A stretch of DNA of 58,787 nt, filler included. It is 4 parts of 4 records of this genome, joined end to end, with 100 filler letters (N's around TTAATTAATTAA, not from the genome) between each part and the next. Parts side by side here need not be neighbours in the genome. Positions count along the whole stretch, not along the records: positions 12,399 to 32,443 come from DRR723986_4062; 3 more parts are not named here. The stretch is one strand, 5' to 3'. A model generated the notes under the pieces. That model searched no databases and was not told the origin of the DNA. It saw only the letters and a list, made by a program, of their open reading frames with translations. The translations under genes and the position numbers were made by a program. Shown here piece after piece: positions 19,078-31,126 of this stretch. Numbering within the stretch: the first letter of the stretch is position 1; each line of letters starts with the position of its first letter.

Positions 19078-20145
19078 TCAGACCCAGCCGCCGAGGTTCT
19101 CGTCGATCACGGCCGACAGCGCGTCCACATGCGCCGGATCGTCGTTCAGGCAGGGAATGTAGGTGAAGGACTCACCGCCCGCGTGCTCGAAGCTTTCGCG
19201 AATCTCTTCGTTGATCTCTTCGAGGGTCTCGATGCAATCGGCACTGAAGGCGGGCGCGATCACGGCGATCTTCTTCTTCCCCTGCTTGGCAAGCTCGGCC
19301 ACATGCTCCACCGTGTAGGGCTTCAGCCATTCCTCGGGGCCGAAGACCGACTGGAAGGTCGTGGTGATCCGGCTCTTGTCCCATCCCAGCCGCTCGCGCA
19401 GCAGGCGCGTCGTCTTCTGGCACTGGCAATGGTAGGGGTCGCCCTGCATCAGGTAGCGTTTCGGCATGCCGTGGTAACTGACCACGAGGATGTCGGGCTC
19501 CTGCTCGGCGGCCGCATAGCCGCGTTCGACCGACTGCGCCAAGGCCTCGATGTATTGCGGATGCTCGAAGTAGGGGTCGACCACGCGGGCGGTAGGCTGC
19601 CACGTCTCGGCCATCAGCGCGCGGAAGAACTGGTCGTTCGCGGTGGCAGAGGTGGCGCCCGCGTAATGCGGATAAAGCGGGAAGAACAGGATCTTGCGGC
19701 ATCCGGCCTCGACCATCTCGCGCACCTTCGACGCGGTCGAGGGGTTGCCGTAGCGCATGCAGAAATCGACCATCACGCGGTCGCCGTATTGCGCCTGCAT
19801 CTTCGCCGCGATCGCCGCCGTCTGGTCGCGGGTGATGGTCATCAGTGGGCTCTCACCCTTCTCCTCGTTCCAGATCGACCGATAGGCCGCGCCCGACGTA
19901 AACGGGCGTTTGGAGAGGATGATGAGCTGCAGAAGCGGCTGCCATTTCCAGCGCGGATAGTCGATCACCCGTCGGTCGGACAGGAACTCGTTCAGATAGC
20001 GCCGCATGGACCAGTAGTCGTGCCCGTCGGGCGTGCCGAGGTTGGCCAGAAGCACGCCGACCTTCCCGGCTGTGACCTTCGGGTGGTCGGACGGCGCATG
20101 GGCGGGACGGGCGGCGGCGGGGTGGATGGCGTCCGGCAACGGCAT
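19078..20145 (-). CDS. hemH: Ferrochelatase
   Basis: LLANLGTP, ESPL, MRYGNP, PLYPHY, SYHGMP, FQSVFGPEEWLKPYT, ADCIETLEEI. Confidence 0.97.
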   Translation of the reverse strand: MPLPDAIHPAAARPAHAPSDHPKVTAGKVGVLLANLGTPDGHDYWSMRRYLNEFLSDRRVIDYPRWKWQPLLQLIILSKRPFTSGAAYRSIWNEEKGESPLMTITRDQTAAIAAKMQAQYGDRVMVDFCMRYGNPSTASKVREMVEAGCRKILFFPLYPHYAGATSATANDQFFRALMAETWQPTARVVDPYFEHPQYIEALAQSVERGYAAAEQEPDILVVSYHGMPKRYLMQGDPYHCQCQKTTRLLRERLGWDKSRITTTFQSVFGPEEWLKPYTVEHVAELAKQGKKKIAVIAPAFSADCIETLEEINEEIRESFEHAGGESFTYIPCLNDDPAHVDALSAVIDENLGGWV

Positions 20146-20197
20146 GGCTCCTGTCTGGGTGATGTCGCGGGCAGAAGTATCGCACGGGCGCGATACG

Positions 20198-21019
20198 TCA
20201 ATCTTTCAGCGGTCGCTCGGGCGTGCCCAGGGCATCGGCCAGCCGCGCGGCGGCAGAGCCGGGGCGCAGCGGTTGCGGCTGGCTGTCGGCGGGGGCCCAT
20301 CCGGTCAGGGTTATGATCTCGAAGGTGGCGGGAACCCGTCCGTCCGGCAGCCCGAACGTCTGCTGGTAAAGCGCCGCGGCCCTTGGAAACAAGGCGCGGG
20401 GCGGCGTCTGGCGGTGTCTTGCGGCCAGCGCGTTGCCCTCTCCCATGGCGCGCAGGTCGCGCATCAGGTGCAGGGCGCTTTGGTAGCTGGCGGTCAGGGT
20501 TGCGCTGTCGGCCACCGGAAGCGCGAGCCCCGCCCGCTGCATCAGCGCGCCGAGATCGCGGATTTCGGCCATGGGCGCCACGCGGGGGGACAATCCGCCG
20601 CAGACCTCGGTTTCGGCCTGCGACAGCGCGGCGCGCAATTCGTGCAGGGTCCGGCCTCCGAAGGTCAGGCCAAGGAACAGCCCGTCCGGACGCAGCGCGC
20701 GGCGGCACTGGATCATCTGGCCCACCGGGTCATCGGCCCAGTGCAGCGCCAGCGCGTGGATCACGAGATCGGCAGAGCCTTCCCGAAGGTCCAGCGTCTC
20801 TGTATCCGCGACGATCCGCGCCCCGGGAAAGGCCGGTGCCCAGACCGCGGGCCAGGGCGTCACGATCACCACGTCCGTAAAGGACCTGTTAACCATGGAG
20901 AGCCGATCCTGAGCCTCGTCGAGCGCCGATTCGTGCAGGAACAGCGCCGGGGCCGCTGCCGCCCGGGCGCGCTGTCGGGTCAGGGCCGTGCGATCTGTCA
21001 GGCTGGGGGTCTGGGACAT
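20198..21019 (-). CDS. SAM-dependent methyltransferase (BioC/NDUFAF5-like)
   Basis: Start MSQTPSLTDR; LALHWADD, TLHELR, SPRVAPM, LMQRAGLALPVAD, LMRDLRAMGE, ATFEII. Confidence 0.88.
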   Translation of the reverse strand: MSQTPSLTDRTALTRQRARAAAAPALFLHESALDEAQDRLSMVNRSFTDVVIVTPWPAVWAPAFPGARIVADTETLDLREGSADLVIHALALHWADDPVGQMIQCRRALRPDGLFLGLTFGGRTLHELRAALSQAETEVCGGLSPRVAPMAEIRDLGALMQRAGLALPVADSATLTASYQSALHLMRDLRAMGEGNALAARHRQTPPRALFPRAAALYQQTFGLPDGRVPATFEIITLTGWAPADSQPQPLRPGSAAARLADALGTPERPLKD

Positions 21020-21049
21020 ATGCGGGCAGATAGGGCGATCCGCGCGGGG

Positions 21050-21763
21050 ATGCAAACGCTGGTGCAGATGGTCTATCCGCCGCGCTGCCTGTCCTGTGGC
21101 GGGCTGGTGGACAGCGATTTCGGCCTCTGCGGGGCCTGCTGGCGCGACACGCCCTTCATCGCCGGGCTGGCCTGCGATCTGTGCGGCGTGCCGCTGCCCG
21201 GGCAATCGGACCGGGCCGAGCAGTGCGACGACTGCCTGCGCACCCCGCGCGGCTGGGCCCATGGCCGGGCGGCGATGCTCTACAAGGGCATGGGGCGGCG
21301 GCTCGTGCTGGCGCTGAAGCACGGCGACCGTCAGGACATCGCCCGCCCCGCCGCGCGCTGGATGGCGCGCGCCGCGCGCGATCTGAACCGCGAGGGCCTG
21401 CTGCTGCTGCCCATCCCGCTGCACCGGCACCGCCATCTGGCGCGGCGCTACAACCAGTCGGCCCTGCTGGCCGAGGCCATGGCCGAGGCGCTGGGCGCCG
21501 ACTGGTGCCCCGACGCGCTGGAGCGCAGGCAGGCCACGCCCAGCCTCGACGGGCGCAGCCGGGCAGAGCGTTTCGCCGTGCTCGACGGCAAGATCGGCGT
21601 TCCCCGAAACCGCGAGGCGCTGGTGGCGGACCGCCCGGTGATGATCGTCGACGACGTCATGACCACCGGGGCCACGCTCGACGCCGCGGCGGCCGCCTGC
21701 CATGCTGCCGGTGCAAAAGAAGTTTTCGTCAGCGTTCTGGCACGCGTGGCAAAAGACGCCTAA
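21050..21763 (+). CDS. comF: ComF family protein (double zinc ribbon plus PRT domain)
   Basis: YPPRCLSC, CxxC repeats, PIPLH..R..RRYNQS, IVDDVMTTGAT. Confidence 0.9.
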   Translation: MQTLVQMVYPPRCLSCGGLVDSDFGLCGACWRDTPFIAGLACDLCGVPLPGQSDRAEQCDDCLRTPRGWAHGRAAMLYKGMGRRLVLALKHGDRQDIARPAARWMARAARDLNREGLLLLPIPLHRHRHLARRYNQSALLAEAMAEALGADWCPDALERRQATPSLDGRSRAERFAVLDGKIGVPRNREALVADRPVMIVDDVMTTGATLDAAAAACHAAGAKEVFVSVLARVAKDA

Positions 21764-21796
21764 GTCTGTCTGGACCCACCCATTCCGGAGAGCCTG

Positions 21797-22054
21797 ATGC
21801 AGGACGTTGAAATCTATTCCTCCCCGCTGTGCGGCTTTTGCCACGCGGCAAAGCGGTTGCTGACCAAGAAGGGCGTGACCTTCTCCGAGGTCGATGTGCT
21901 GAGAGAGCCCGCCCGCAAGGCAGAGATGATGGACCGCGCCGGCGGCCGCCACACGGTGCCGCAGATCTTCATCGGCGGGCAGCATGTCGGCGGCTGCGAC
22001 GAGCTGTACGAACTGGAGCGTGCCGGCAAGCTCGACCCGATGCTCGCGGGCTGA
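21797..22054 (+). CDS. grxC: Glutaredoxin 3
   Basis: CGFC, TVPQIFI, VGGCDEL. Confidence 0.95.
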   Translation: MQDVEIYSSPLCGFCHAAKRLLTKKGVTFSEVDVLREPARKAEMMDRAGGRHTVPQIFIGGQHVGGCDELYELERAGKLDPMLAG

Positions 22055-22887
22055 TGCGCGCGGCGCTGCTGCAACTGACGTCTTCGGACGATCCCGCCGC
22101 GAACCTGACGATGGTGCGCACAATGCTGCGCGAGGCGGCGGGGCAGGGCGCGGGCCTTGTCCTGACGCCCGAGGTCAGCAATTGCGTGTCCATGGACCGC
22201 GCGCATCAGCGGGCGGTCCTGAAGCCCGAGGGGATCGACCCCTTCATCGCCGGGTGCCGCGAAGAGGCGGCGGCGCTGGGCGTCTGGCTGCTGCTCGGCT
22301 CCGTCGCGGTGAAGTCCGAACCGCCGGAAGAACGCTTTGCCAACCGCTCGCTTCTGATCGGCCCGGATGGCGCGATCGTGGCGCGCTACGACAAGATGCA
22401 CATGTTCGACGTCACGGTGAGCGAGACCGAGACCTACCGCGAATCGGCGGGTTTCGCGCCCGGGGACCGCGCCGTGCTGGCACAGACCCCCTTCGGCGCC
22501 ATCGGCATGACGATCTGCTACGACCTGCGTTTCGCCTACCTTTACCGCGCGCTGGCGCAGGCAGGGGCGATGGTGCTGACCGTGCCCTCTGCCTTCTCTC
22601 CCGGCACCGGGCCGGACCATTGGCAGCCCCTGTTGCAGGCGCGCGCCATCGAAACCGGGTGCTACGTGCTGGCCCCGGCCCAGACCGGCACCCATGCCGC
22701 GCAGGCGGGTCGGACGCGCAAGACCTACGGCCACAGCCTTGCCATCGACCCTTGGGGCCGCGTGATCCTCGACGCCGGAACGGAACCGGGCGTCTTCTGC
22801 GTCGATCTCGACCCCGATGCGTGCGCCGACGCCCGCCGCCGCCTGCCGTCCCTGACCCACGACAGACCTGTGCGAGGGCTGGCATGA
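22054..22887 (+). CDS. Carbon-nitrogen hydrolase (Nit1-like)
   Basis: LTPE, YDKMHMFDV, ICYDLRF, RAIETGC, YGHS. Confidence 0.92.
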   Translation: MRAALLQLTSSDDPAANLTMVRTMLREAAGQGAGLVLTPEVSNCVSMDRAHQRAVLKPEGIDPFIAGCREEAAALGVWLLLGSVAVKSEPPEERFANRSLLIGPDGAIVARYDKMHMFDVTVSETETYRESAGFAPGDRAVLAQTPFGAIGMTICYDLRFAYLYRALAQAGAMVLTVPSAFSPGTGPDHWQPLLQARAIETGCYVLAPAQTGTHAAQAGRTRKTYGHSLAIDPWGRVILDAGTEPGVFCVDLDPDACADARRRLPSLTHDRPVRGLA

Positions 22888-23324
22888 GCGACGGAAACGG
22901 GCTGGCGATCTCTCTCTTCTCCGAGCTTCTGACGGCGGACCAGCTGCTGCGCGCCCGGCTGACGAAGGTGCTGCCGAACCGGATGGAGATCTCGCATTTC
23001 TCGGTTCTGAACCAGCTTGCCCGGGGCGGAGAGAAGACCCCGGCGCAACTGGCCAAGGCCTTTCACGTCACCCGCGGCGCCATGACCAACACCCTGTCGA
23101 AGCTGGAGATTGCCGGTTACGTGCACATTCGACCCGACTGGGACGACGCGCGGCGCAAGCTGGTCTCCATCTCGCCCGCCGGACGGTCGGCGCGCGATGC
23201 CGCGCTGGCCGCGATCACGCCGCTGATCGACGCGATGCTGGGCGATCTTGGAGAGGCCAAGGTCAAGGCCGCCCTGCCAGTCCTGCGCGAGTTGCGCCTG
23301 CGGCTGGAAGAGGACCGGGGCTAG
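22884..23324 (+). CDS. MarR family transcriptional regulator
   Basis: [34 protein letters not shown]. Confidence 0.9.
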   Translation: MSDGNGLAISLFSELLTADQLLRARLTKVLPNRMEISHFSVLNQLARGGEKTPAQLAKAFHVTRGAMTNTLSKLEIAGYVHIRPDWDDARRKLVSISPAGRSARDAALAAITPLIDAMLGDLGEAKVKAALPVLRELRLRLEEDRG

Positions 23325-24067
23325 GGTGCCAGCGCCGCCGTGACGTAGTTCACCGACAGGTCGCGGTCAGAGATCGACCATTTCCACGACACCGGGTTGA
23401 AGACATAGCCCTTGCGGTCGACCGGCTTCAGGCCCGCGCGCTCCATCAGGTCGTACAACTCGTCGGGGGTGATGAATTTCGACCATTCATGCGTGCCCTT
23501 GGGCAACCAGCGCATGATGTATTCGGCGCCGACGATGGCCATGGCAAAGCTTTTGGGATTGCGGTTGATGGTCGAACACAGGTGCAGCCCGCCCGGCTTC
23601 AGCAATTGCCGGCAGGCGGTCAGGTAGGCCAGCGGATCGGCCACATGCTCGACCACCTCCATGTTCAGCACGATGTCGAAGCGTTCGCCCGCCTCGGCCA
23701 GCGCCTCTGCGGTGGTGTGGCGGTAGTCGATGGTCAGCCCCGACTGGCGGGCATGGGCCTCGGCCACGGGGATGTTGCGGGCGGCGGCATCGACGCCCAC
23801 CACCTCGGCCCCCAGCCGCGCCATGGGTTCGCAGAGCAGCCCGCCGCCGCACCCGATGTCGAGGATGCGCAGCCCGGCGAAGGGGTGCTCGGTGCCCAGC
23901 GTCCGGTCGAACTCTCCGGCGATCTGCGTGCAGATGTAATCCAGCCGCACCGGGTTCATCATGTGGAGCGGCTTGAACTTTCCCTCTGGGTCCCACCACT
24001 CTGCGGCCATGGCCTCGAACTTGGCGATTTCACCGGCGTCCACCGTGACTGTCATGACATTCCCCAT
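23321..24067 (-). CDS. ubiG: Ubiquinone biosynthesis O-methyltransferase
   Basis: [37 protein letters not shown]. Confidence 0.96.
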   Translation of the reverse strand: MGNVMTVTVDAGEIAKFEAMAAEWWDPEGKFKPLHMMNPVRLDYICTQIAGEFDRTLGTEHPFAGLRILDIGCGGGLLCEPMARLGAEVVGVDAAARNIPVAEAHARQSGLTIDYRHTTAEALAEAGERFDIVLNMEVVEHVADPLAYLTACRQLLKPGGLHLCSTINRNPKSFAMAIVGAEYIMRWLPKGTHEWSKFITPDELYDLMERAGLKPVDRKGYVFNPVSWKWSISDRDLSVNYVTAALAP

Positions 24068-24102
24068 GGTCTTTTGGTCTTGGAAGCCAATATAGGTGTC
24101 AC

Positions 24103-25074
24103 ATGGACAAAATCCCGGGCCAAAAGCGCGCAGTGCAGTACCTTTACCCGCCGATCGACCCCTTCGCCCAGCACACGCTGGAGGTCTCGGGCGGGCACAC
24201 GCTTTATGTCGAGGAATGCGGAAACCCCGAGGGCGTGCCGGTCATCGTCCTGCACGGCGGGCCGGGCGGCGGATGCAGCCCGGCGATGCGGCGCTACTTC
24301 GACCCGGCCGTCTACCGCGTGGTGCTGTTCGACCAGCGCGGCTGCGGGCGCTCGCGACCCTTCGCCTCGGTCAAGGACAACACCACCTGGGACCTCGTCA
24401 GCGACATAGAGACCATCCGCGAGACGCTGGGCATCGAGCGTTTCGTGGTCTTTGGCGGAAGCTGGGGCGCGACCCTGTCGCTGATCTACGCCATCAGCCA
24501 CCCCGAACGCGCCAAGGCGCTTGTGCTGCGCGGCGTCTTCCTGATGACGCAGGCCGAGCTCGACTGGTTCTACGGCGGCGGCGCCGGGCAGTTCTGGCCC
24601 GAGACATGGGCCCGCTTCGTGGACCTGATCCCCGAGGACGAGCGGGACGACCTGATCGCCGCCTATCACCGGCGGCTGTTCTCCGGCGACATGCCGCTGG
24701 AGACGAAATATGCCCGGGCGTGGTCCTCTTGGGAAAACGCGCTGGCCTCGGTCTATTCGAACGGGCAGGGCGGAGAGGCGCCGGGCGACTACGCGCGCGC
24801 CTTCGCCCGTCTGGAAAACCACTACTTCACCAACCGGGGCTTCCTTGGCGAGGACGGCTGGATCCTGAAGAACGCGCACCGCATCGCTGATATTCCGGGC
24901 GTCATCGTGCAGGGCCGCTACGACATGATCTGCCCGCCCCGCCGCGCGTGGGAGCTGTCGCGCGCATGGCCCGCCGGAGAGCTTCGGATGATCCGCAACG
25001 CCGGTCACGCGCTGTCCGAACCGGGCATCAGCGCAGAGCTTGTGCGGGTCATGGACGGCCTCGCATCGGGCTGA
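24103..25074 (+). CDS. pip: Proline iminopeptidase
   Basis: [33 protein letters not shown]. Confidence 0.96.
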   Translation: MDKIPGQKRAVQYLYPPIDPFAQHTLEVSGGHTLYVEECGNPEGVPVIVLHGGPGGGCSPAMRRYFDPAVYRVVLFDQRGCGRSRPFASVKDNTTWDLVSDIETIRETLGIERFVVFGGSWGATLSLIYAISHPERAKALVLRGVFLMTQAELDWFYGGGAGQFWPETWARFVDLIPEDERDDLIAAYHRRLFSGDMPLETKYARAWSSWENALASVYSNGQGGEAPGDYARAFARLENHYFTNRGFLGEDGWILKNAHRIADIPGVIVQGRYDMICPPRRAWELSRAWPAGELRMIRNAGHALSEPGISAELVRVMDGLASG

Positions 25075-25078
25075 ACCG

Positions 25079-25118
25079 AAAGGCTTCGAAACAAAAGGTT
25101 TACTTGGAAGCCTTTTTT
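25079..25118 (+). terminator. Possible terminator after pip
   Basis: AAAGGCTTC...GAAGCCTTTTTT with a long loop. Confidence 0.5.
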
Positions 25119-25138
25119 GTTAACTTGTCAGTCAACAA
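25117..25138. promoter_or_regulatory. Imperfect palindromic operator upstream of the ABC operon
   Basis: TTGTTAACTTGTCAGTCAACAA flanked by T and A runs, 21 nt before the start. Confidence 0.5.
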
Positions 25139-25159
25139 AAACAGACACCAACAGGTATC

Positions 25160-26155
25160 GTGAACCCGGTTCTTCGAATCATCCTCCAGCGCCTTGCGCT
25201 GGGCGTCTTGACGCTGTTCATCGTCTCGATCGTCATCTTCACCGCGGTGAACATGTTGCCCGGCGACTTTGCCGAGGCGATCCTGGGGCAGGGGGCCACC
25301 CCCGAAGCGGTTGCTTCGATCCGGCGCGATCTTGGACTCGATCAGAACCCCGTGGTCCGCTACGTCGACTGGCTGGGCGGCGTACTGACCGGCGACCTCG
25401 GCAATTCCTTCGCGCAGGCGAATTTCGCCAGTTTCGTCGGTGAGGGCAGCGGCAACAGCACCACCGTGGCGCAGCAGATCGCGCCGCGCTTTGCCAACAC
25501 CATGTTCCTTGCGGGCGTCACCGCCGCCATCGCGGTGCCCTTCGCGGTGACGCTGGGGGTTCTGGCGGCGCTCTACCGCAACTCGGTCTTCGACAAGGCG
25601 GCCAATGTGGCGACGCTGACCTCGATTTCCAGCCCGGAGTTCTTCCTCGCCTATATCCTGATCCTCTTCCTTGCGGTGCTGAACCCGGTGCTGCCCTCGC
25701 TGTCGAACATCTACGAGGGCATCTCGTTCAGCGAGCGGCTGACCAAGACGCTGCTGCCGGCGCTGACCCTGACGCTGGTCGTCACGGCGCATATGATGCG
25801 GATGACGCGGGCGGCGATCATCAACCTGCTCGCCTCGCCCTATATTGAGATGGCCCGCCTGAAAGGGCTGAAGCCGATGCGCGTGATCGTCCACCACGCC
25901 CTGCCGAACGCGCTGGCGCCGATCATCAACGTGATCGCGCTGAACCTCGCCTATCTCATCACCGGCGTCGTCGTGGTCGAGGTGGTCTTTGTCTACCCGG
26001 GCATCGGGCAGCTGTTCGTGGACAGCGTGAAGATCCGCGACATCCCCGTGGTGCAGGCCTGCTGCCTGATCTTCGCCGCCGCCTACATCCTGCTGAACCT
26101 GATCGCCGACATCCTGTCGATCCTGACCAACCCGCGCCTGAGGCACCCGAAATGA
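25160..26155 (+). CDS. Family-5 ABC importer permease (DppB-like)
   Basis: LPGD, LGLDQNPVVRY, EAA region YIEMARLKGL, VVVEVVFVYPGIG. Confidence 0.93.
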   Translation: MNPVLRIILQRLALGVLTLFIVSIVIFTAVNMLPGDFAEAILGQGATPEAVASIRRDLGLDQNPVVRYVDWLGGVLTGDLGNSFAQANFASFVGEGSGNSTTVAQQIAPRFANTMFLAGVTAAIAVPFAVTLGVLAALYRNSVFDKAANVATLTSISSPEFFLAYILILFLAVLNPVLPSLSNIYEGISFSERLTKTLLPALTLTLVVTAHMMRMTRAAIINLLASPYIEMARLKGLKPMRVIVHHALPNALAPIINVIALNLAYLITGVVVVEVVFVYPGIGQLFVDSVKIRDIPVVQACCLIFAAAYILLNLIADILSILTNPRLRHPK

Positions 26156-27348
26156 GCGGCTGGACCTTTTTTCTGACCGCCCTTGCCGCCGTGGCGGTCG
26201 CGGGCTGGGTGCTGCGCTTCGTCGGACGCAAGGCGACCGGCAACAGGCCCTATTTCCGCGACATGCCCTATGCGGTGGCCTTCGGATACGCCTTGGGCGC
26301 GGCGCTTTTGCTGGGCGGTGTCTGGCTGTATCTGCAACCGGCGGTGACAGAGGCCGGCGCGCCGAGCGCCTCGGTGCTGTATTTCCGCTGGGCGGTGCAT
26401 GGCATCGCGGTGGGCGCGGCGGCGGCCTTCCTCTTCCGCCTGCTGGGACGGTCGGTCGGAACCGGCGCGACCCGCAAGGCCTTTCGCACCATGCCGCTGA
26501 CCGCCAGTTTCGGCATCGTGGTCATCCTGATCTACGCGGTTCTGGCGATCTTCGCCGGGCTGATCGCGCCCCACGGGCAAGAGCAGGTCTTCGCGCAGGC
26601 TAATGTCGTGCCGGGCGGCAATCCGGCCACGGGGGGCAACCCGGAGTTCCCGCTGGGCACCGACCAGATCGGCCGCGATATCCTGTCCCGCCTGATCTAT
26701 GGCGCGCAGAACACCGTGGGCATCGCCTTTGCCACCACGGTTCTGGCCTTCGTCCTTGGCGGATCGCTGGGGTTTCTCGCGGCGGTGCTTCAGGGCTGGA
26801 CGGACCAGATCCTCAGCCGCGCGGTCGACGTGCTGATGGCCATTCCCTCGCTGATCTTCTCGCTTCTGCTCATCACCGTGGCCTCGGCCTGGGTGTCCGG
26901 GACCGGGCTGACGATCGCCATGGTCGTCATCATCGCGGTGATCGATTCGACGCGGGTCTTCCGGCTGGCGCGGGCGGTGGGCATGAATATCGTCGTGATG
27001 GACTACATCGAGGCGGCCAAGCTGCGCGGCGAGGGCCTGCCCTACCTGATCTTCAAGGAGATCCTGCCCAATGCGACCGCGCCCTTGCTGGCCGAGTTCG
27101 GGCTGCGCTTCTGCTTCGTCTTTCTGACCATTTCGGCGCTGAGCTTCCTCGGCCTTGGCATCCAACCGCCGCTGGCGGACTGGGGGACGATGGTCAAGGA
27201 CCTCGCGGCCTTCATCAACTACGCCGCCTTCGCGCCGCAGATCGCCGCCGCGCCTCTCTTGGCGGCAGGCGCCATCGCGCTGCTGACGGTGGCGGTGAAC
27301 TTCGTGGTGGACTGGATGCTGCACCGCTCGTCGGGGTTGAAGGAATGA
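26152..27348 (+). CDS. Family-5 ABC importer permease (DppC-like) with N-terminal extension
   Basis: LGTDQIGRDILSRLIYG, DYIEAAKLRGE, LSFLGLGIQPP. Confidence 0.93.
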   Translation: MSGWTFFLTALAAVAVAGWVLRFVGRKATGNRPYFRDMPYAVAFGYALGAALLLGGVWLYLQPAVTEAGAPSASVLYFRWAVHGIAVGAAAAFLFRLLGRSVGTGATRKAFRTMPLTASFGIVVILIYAVLAIFAGLIAPHGQEQVFAQANVVPGGNPATGGNPEFPLGTDQIGRDILSRLIYGAQNTVGIAFATTVLAFVLGGSLGFLAAVLQGWTDQILSRAVDVLMAIPSLIFSLLLITVASAWVSGTGLTIAMVVIIAVIDSTRVFRLARAVGMNIVVMDYIEAAKLRGEGLPYLIFKEILPNATAPLLAEFGLRFCFVFLTISALSFLGLGIQPPLADWGTMVKDLAAFINYAAFAPQIAAAPLLAAGAIALLTVAVNFVVDWMLHRSSGLKE

Positions 27349-27407
27349 GCGCTGTCGTCACAAGGCCTCCTCGCGCGCCACGCCTGGCCTTGGCAACGGT
27401 GAACGCA

Positions 27408-27466
27408 AAGCGCCCGCCCGGCGGCAACGCCGGGCAGCCCCCGACCGCCCCCCCGGGCGGGGGCTT
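27408..27466. repeat. GC-rich palindromic miniature element inside the 63-codon ORF 27345-27536
   Basis: Terminal inverted arms AAGCGCCCGCCCGG / CCGGGCGGGGGCTT (13 of 14 complementary); internal hairpin GCCCGGCG-GCAA-CGCCGGGC. Confidence 0.65.
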
Positions 27467-27532
27467 GGCCCCCACCCGCGGTCGCGGGCTGCCCTTTGCG
27501 GCAGGGGGCGGTCACCTCCCAGGAGCCAGCGC

Positions 27533-29191
<1,659 letters not shown>

Positions 29192-29253
29192 GATTTCGCG
29201 CAAGACGGAAAACGCGGGGCACGACCCCGGACCAGAAACAGGGAGACATCACC

Positions 29254-30807
29254 ATGACACGCATTTCCAGACGCGGACTTCTGACCACCGGCGCCGCCGC
29301 CGGTGTGCTTGCGGCCTCGGGCCTGCCGTTGCGGGCGCAGGCCAAGCGCGGCGGACGCCTGCGGGTCGGCGTGAACGGCGCCAACTCTTCGGATTCATGG
29401 GACGGCCGGACGCATTCCGACCTGTTCATGATCGCCTCGGCGCAGGGCGCGGTCTTCGACACGCTGACCGAGAACGCCGCCGACGGCTCGCTCAAGGGAG
29501 AGCTGGCCGAAAGCTGGGATGCCACCTCCGACGCGAAGACATGGACCTTCAACCTGCGGCAGGGCGTGACCTTCCACAACGGCAAGAGCTTTGGCGCCGA
29601 CGACGTGATCGAGTCGCTGCAGCTGCACATCGCAGAGGATTCCAAGTCCGCCGCGAAACCCATTGTTGCCGCAATTACGGAGATGAAGAAGCTGGGCGAG
29701 CATCAGGTCCAGTTCACGCTGGCCGCGGGCAACGCCGACTTCCCTTACCTGATGTCGGACTACCACCTGCTGATCTACCCCGCCGGGCAGATCGAGGAAG
29801 CCATCGCCAACGGCATCGGCACCGGCCTGTATCAGGTACAGTCGTTCGAGCCCGGCGCGCGCATGGTCGCGACCCGTTATCCGGATCACTACAAGGGTGA
29901 CACCGCGGGCTTCTTCGACGAGATCGAATACCTTGCGATCAACGACAACACCGCGCGGATGAACGCCCTGATGACGGGGCAGGTGGATGCCATCAACCGC
30001 ATCGACTTCAAGACCGAGGCGCTGCTGAAGGCCAACCCGATGATCCGCATTCAGGAGGTGACGGGCAACCAGCAGTTCACCTTCCCGATGCTGACCGACG
30101 TGGCGCCCTTCAACGACGTGAACGTGCGCCGCGCGCTGAAGTATTCGATCAACCGGCAGGAGATGGTGGACAAGATCCTTCTGGGCCACGGTCGCGTCGG
30201 CAACGACAGCCCCATCGGCCCCGCCAACCAGTATTTCAACGACGAAATGGAGCAGATCGCCTACGATCCCGACAAGGCGAAGTTCTACCTGAAGGAGGCG
30301 GGGCTGGATTCGCTCGACATCGACCTGTCTGCCTCTTCGGCGGCTTTCGACGGCGCGGTAGATGCGGCGCAGCTGTATCAGGCCTCGGCCAAGGCGGCGG
30401 GCATCAACATCAACGTGGTGCAGGAACCGGCGGATGGTTACTGGTCCAACGTCTGGATCAAGAAGCCGTTCTGCGCCTGCTACTGGTCCGGCCGCGCGAC
30501 CGAGGACTGGATGTTCTCGTCGGCCTACGAGGAAGGCGTTCCGTGGAACGACACCCAGTGGGGCCGCGAGGACAGCGAGAAGTTCCAGGACCTGCTAATC
30601 GAGGCGCGCGCGGAACTCGACAGCGCCAAGCGCCGCGAGATGTACTACGAGATGCAGTCGATCCTGAACACCGACGGGGGCGTCATCCTGCCGATGTTCG
30701 CGAATTACGTCGAAGCGATTTCCAACAAGATCGCGACGCCGGAAAAGATCGGGAATCTCTGGCAGATGGACAACGCCCGCATGGCCGAACGCTGGTGGAT
30801 GGCCTGA
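29254..30807 (+). CDS. Family-5 substrate-binding protein with Tat signal
   Basis: SRRGLL; LAESW, WTFNLRQGVTFHNG, GTG. Confidence 0.95.
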   Translation: MTRISRRGLLTTGAAAGVLAASGLPLRAQAKRGGRLRVGVNGANSSDSWDGRTHSDLFMIASAQGAVFDTLTENAADGSLKGELAESWDATSDAKTWTFNLRQGVTFHNGKSFGADDVIESLQLHIAEDSKSAAKPIVAAITEMKKLGEHQVQFTLAAGNADFPYLMSDYHLLIYPAGQIEEAIANGIGTGLYQVQSFEPGARMVATRYPDHYKGDTAGFFDEIEYLAINDNTARMNALMTGQVDAINRIDFKTEALLKANPMIRIQEVTGNQQFTFPMLTDVAPFNDVNVRRALKYSINRQEMVDKILLGHGRVGNDSPIGPANQYFNDEMEQIAYDPDKAKFYLKEAGLDSLDIDLSASSAAFDGAVDAAQLYQASAKAAGININVVQEPADGYWSNVWIKKPFCACYWSGRATEDWMFSSAYEEGVPWNDTQWGREDSEKFQDLLIEARAELDSAKRREMYYEMQSILNTDGGVILPMFANYVEAISNKIATPEKIGNLWQMDNARMAERWWMA

Positions 30808-30851
30808 TTCCAAACACGGTCTGATTGTGGCAACACAACCTGCACAAAACG

Positions 30852-30880
30852 ACGCCCTGCCCAAAAGGTGGGGCGTTTTT
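30852..30880 (+). terminator. Rho-independent terminator
   Basis: ACGCCCTGCC-CAAAA-GGTGGGGCGT-TTTT. Confidence 0.75.
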
Positions 30881-31126
30881 GTGTCAATGACGTCGGCATG
30901 TATTCGCCGCGCACAAGCCGGAGATCGGCACATTCATGCCGAAAGCATCTTGTTTCATGGAGCATTTACTGGGTTTCATCATGGGAAACCCCTCTGCGAG
31001 GCCCCCAAACATGAATTAATCAGTTAGCTTTTTTAATCACCTTTAAGACGAGCACTTTTCAGTTTTTCATCCGATTGTGGCCCAAGTCTCCGGCGATTGT
31101 AGTCCTCAGGAAAGCGGAGAGAACCA

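Noticed and set aside
31016-31046. CtrA box upstream of the acidic orphan
   Set aside because: TTAA pairs are spaced 13 and 6 nt, not the TTAA-N7-TTAA consensus
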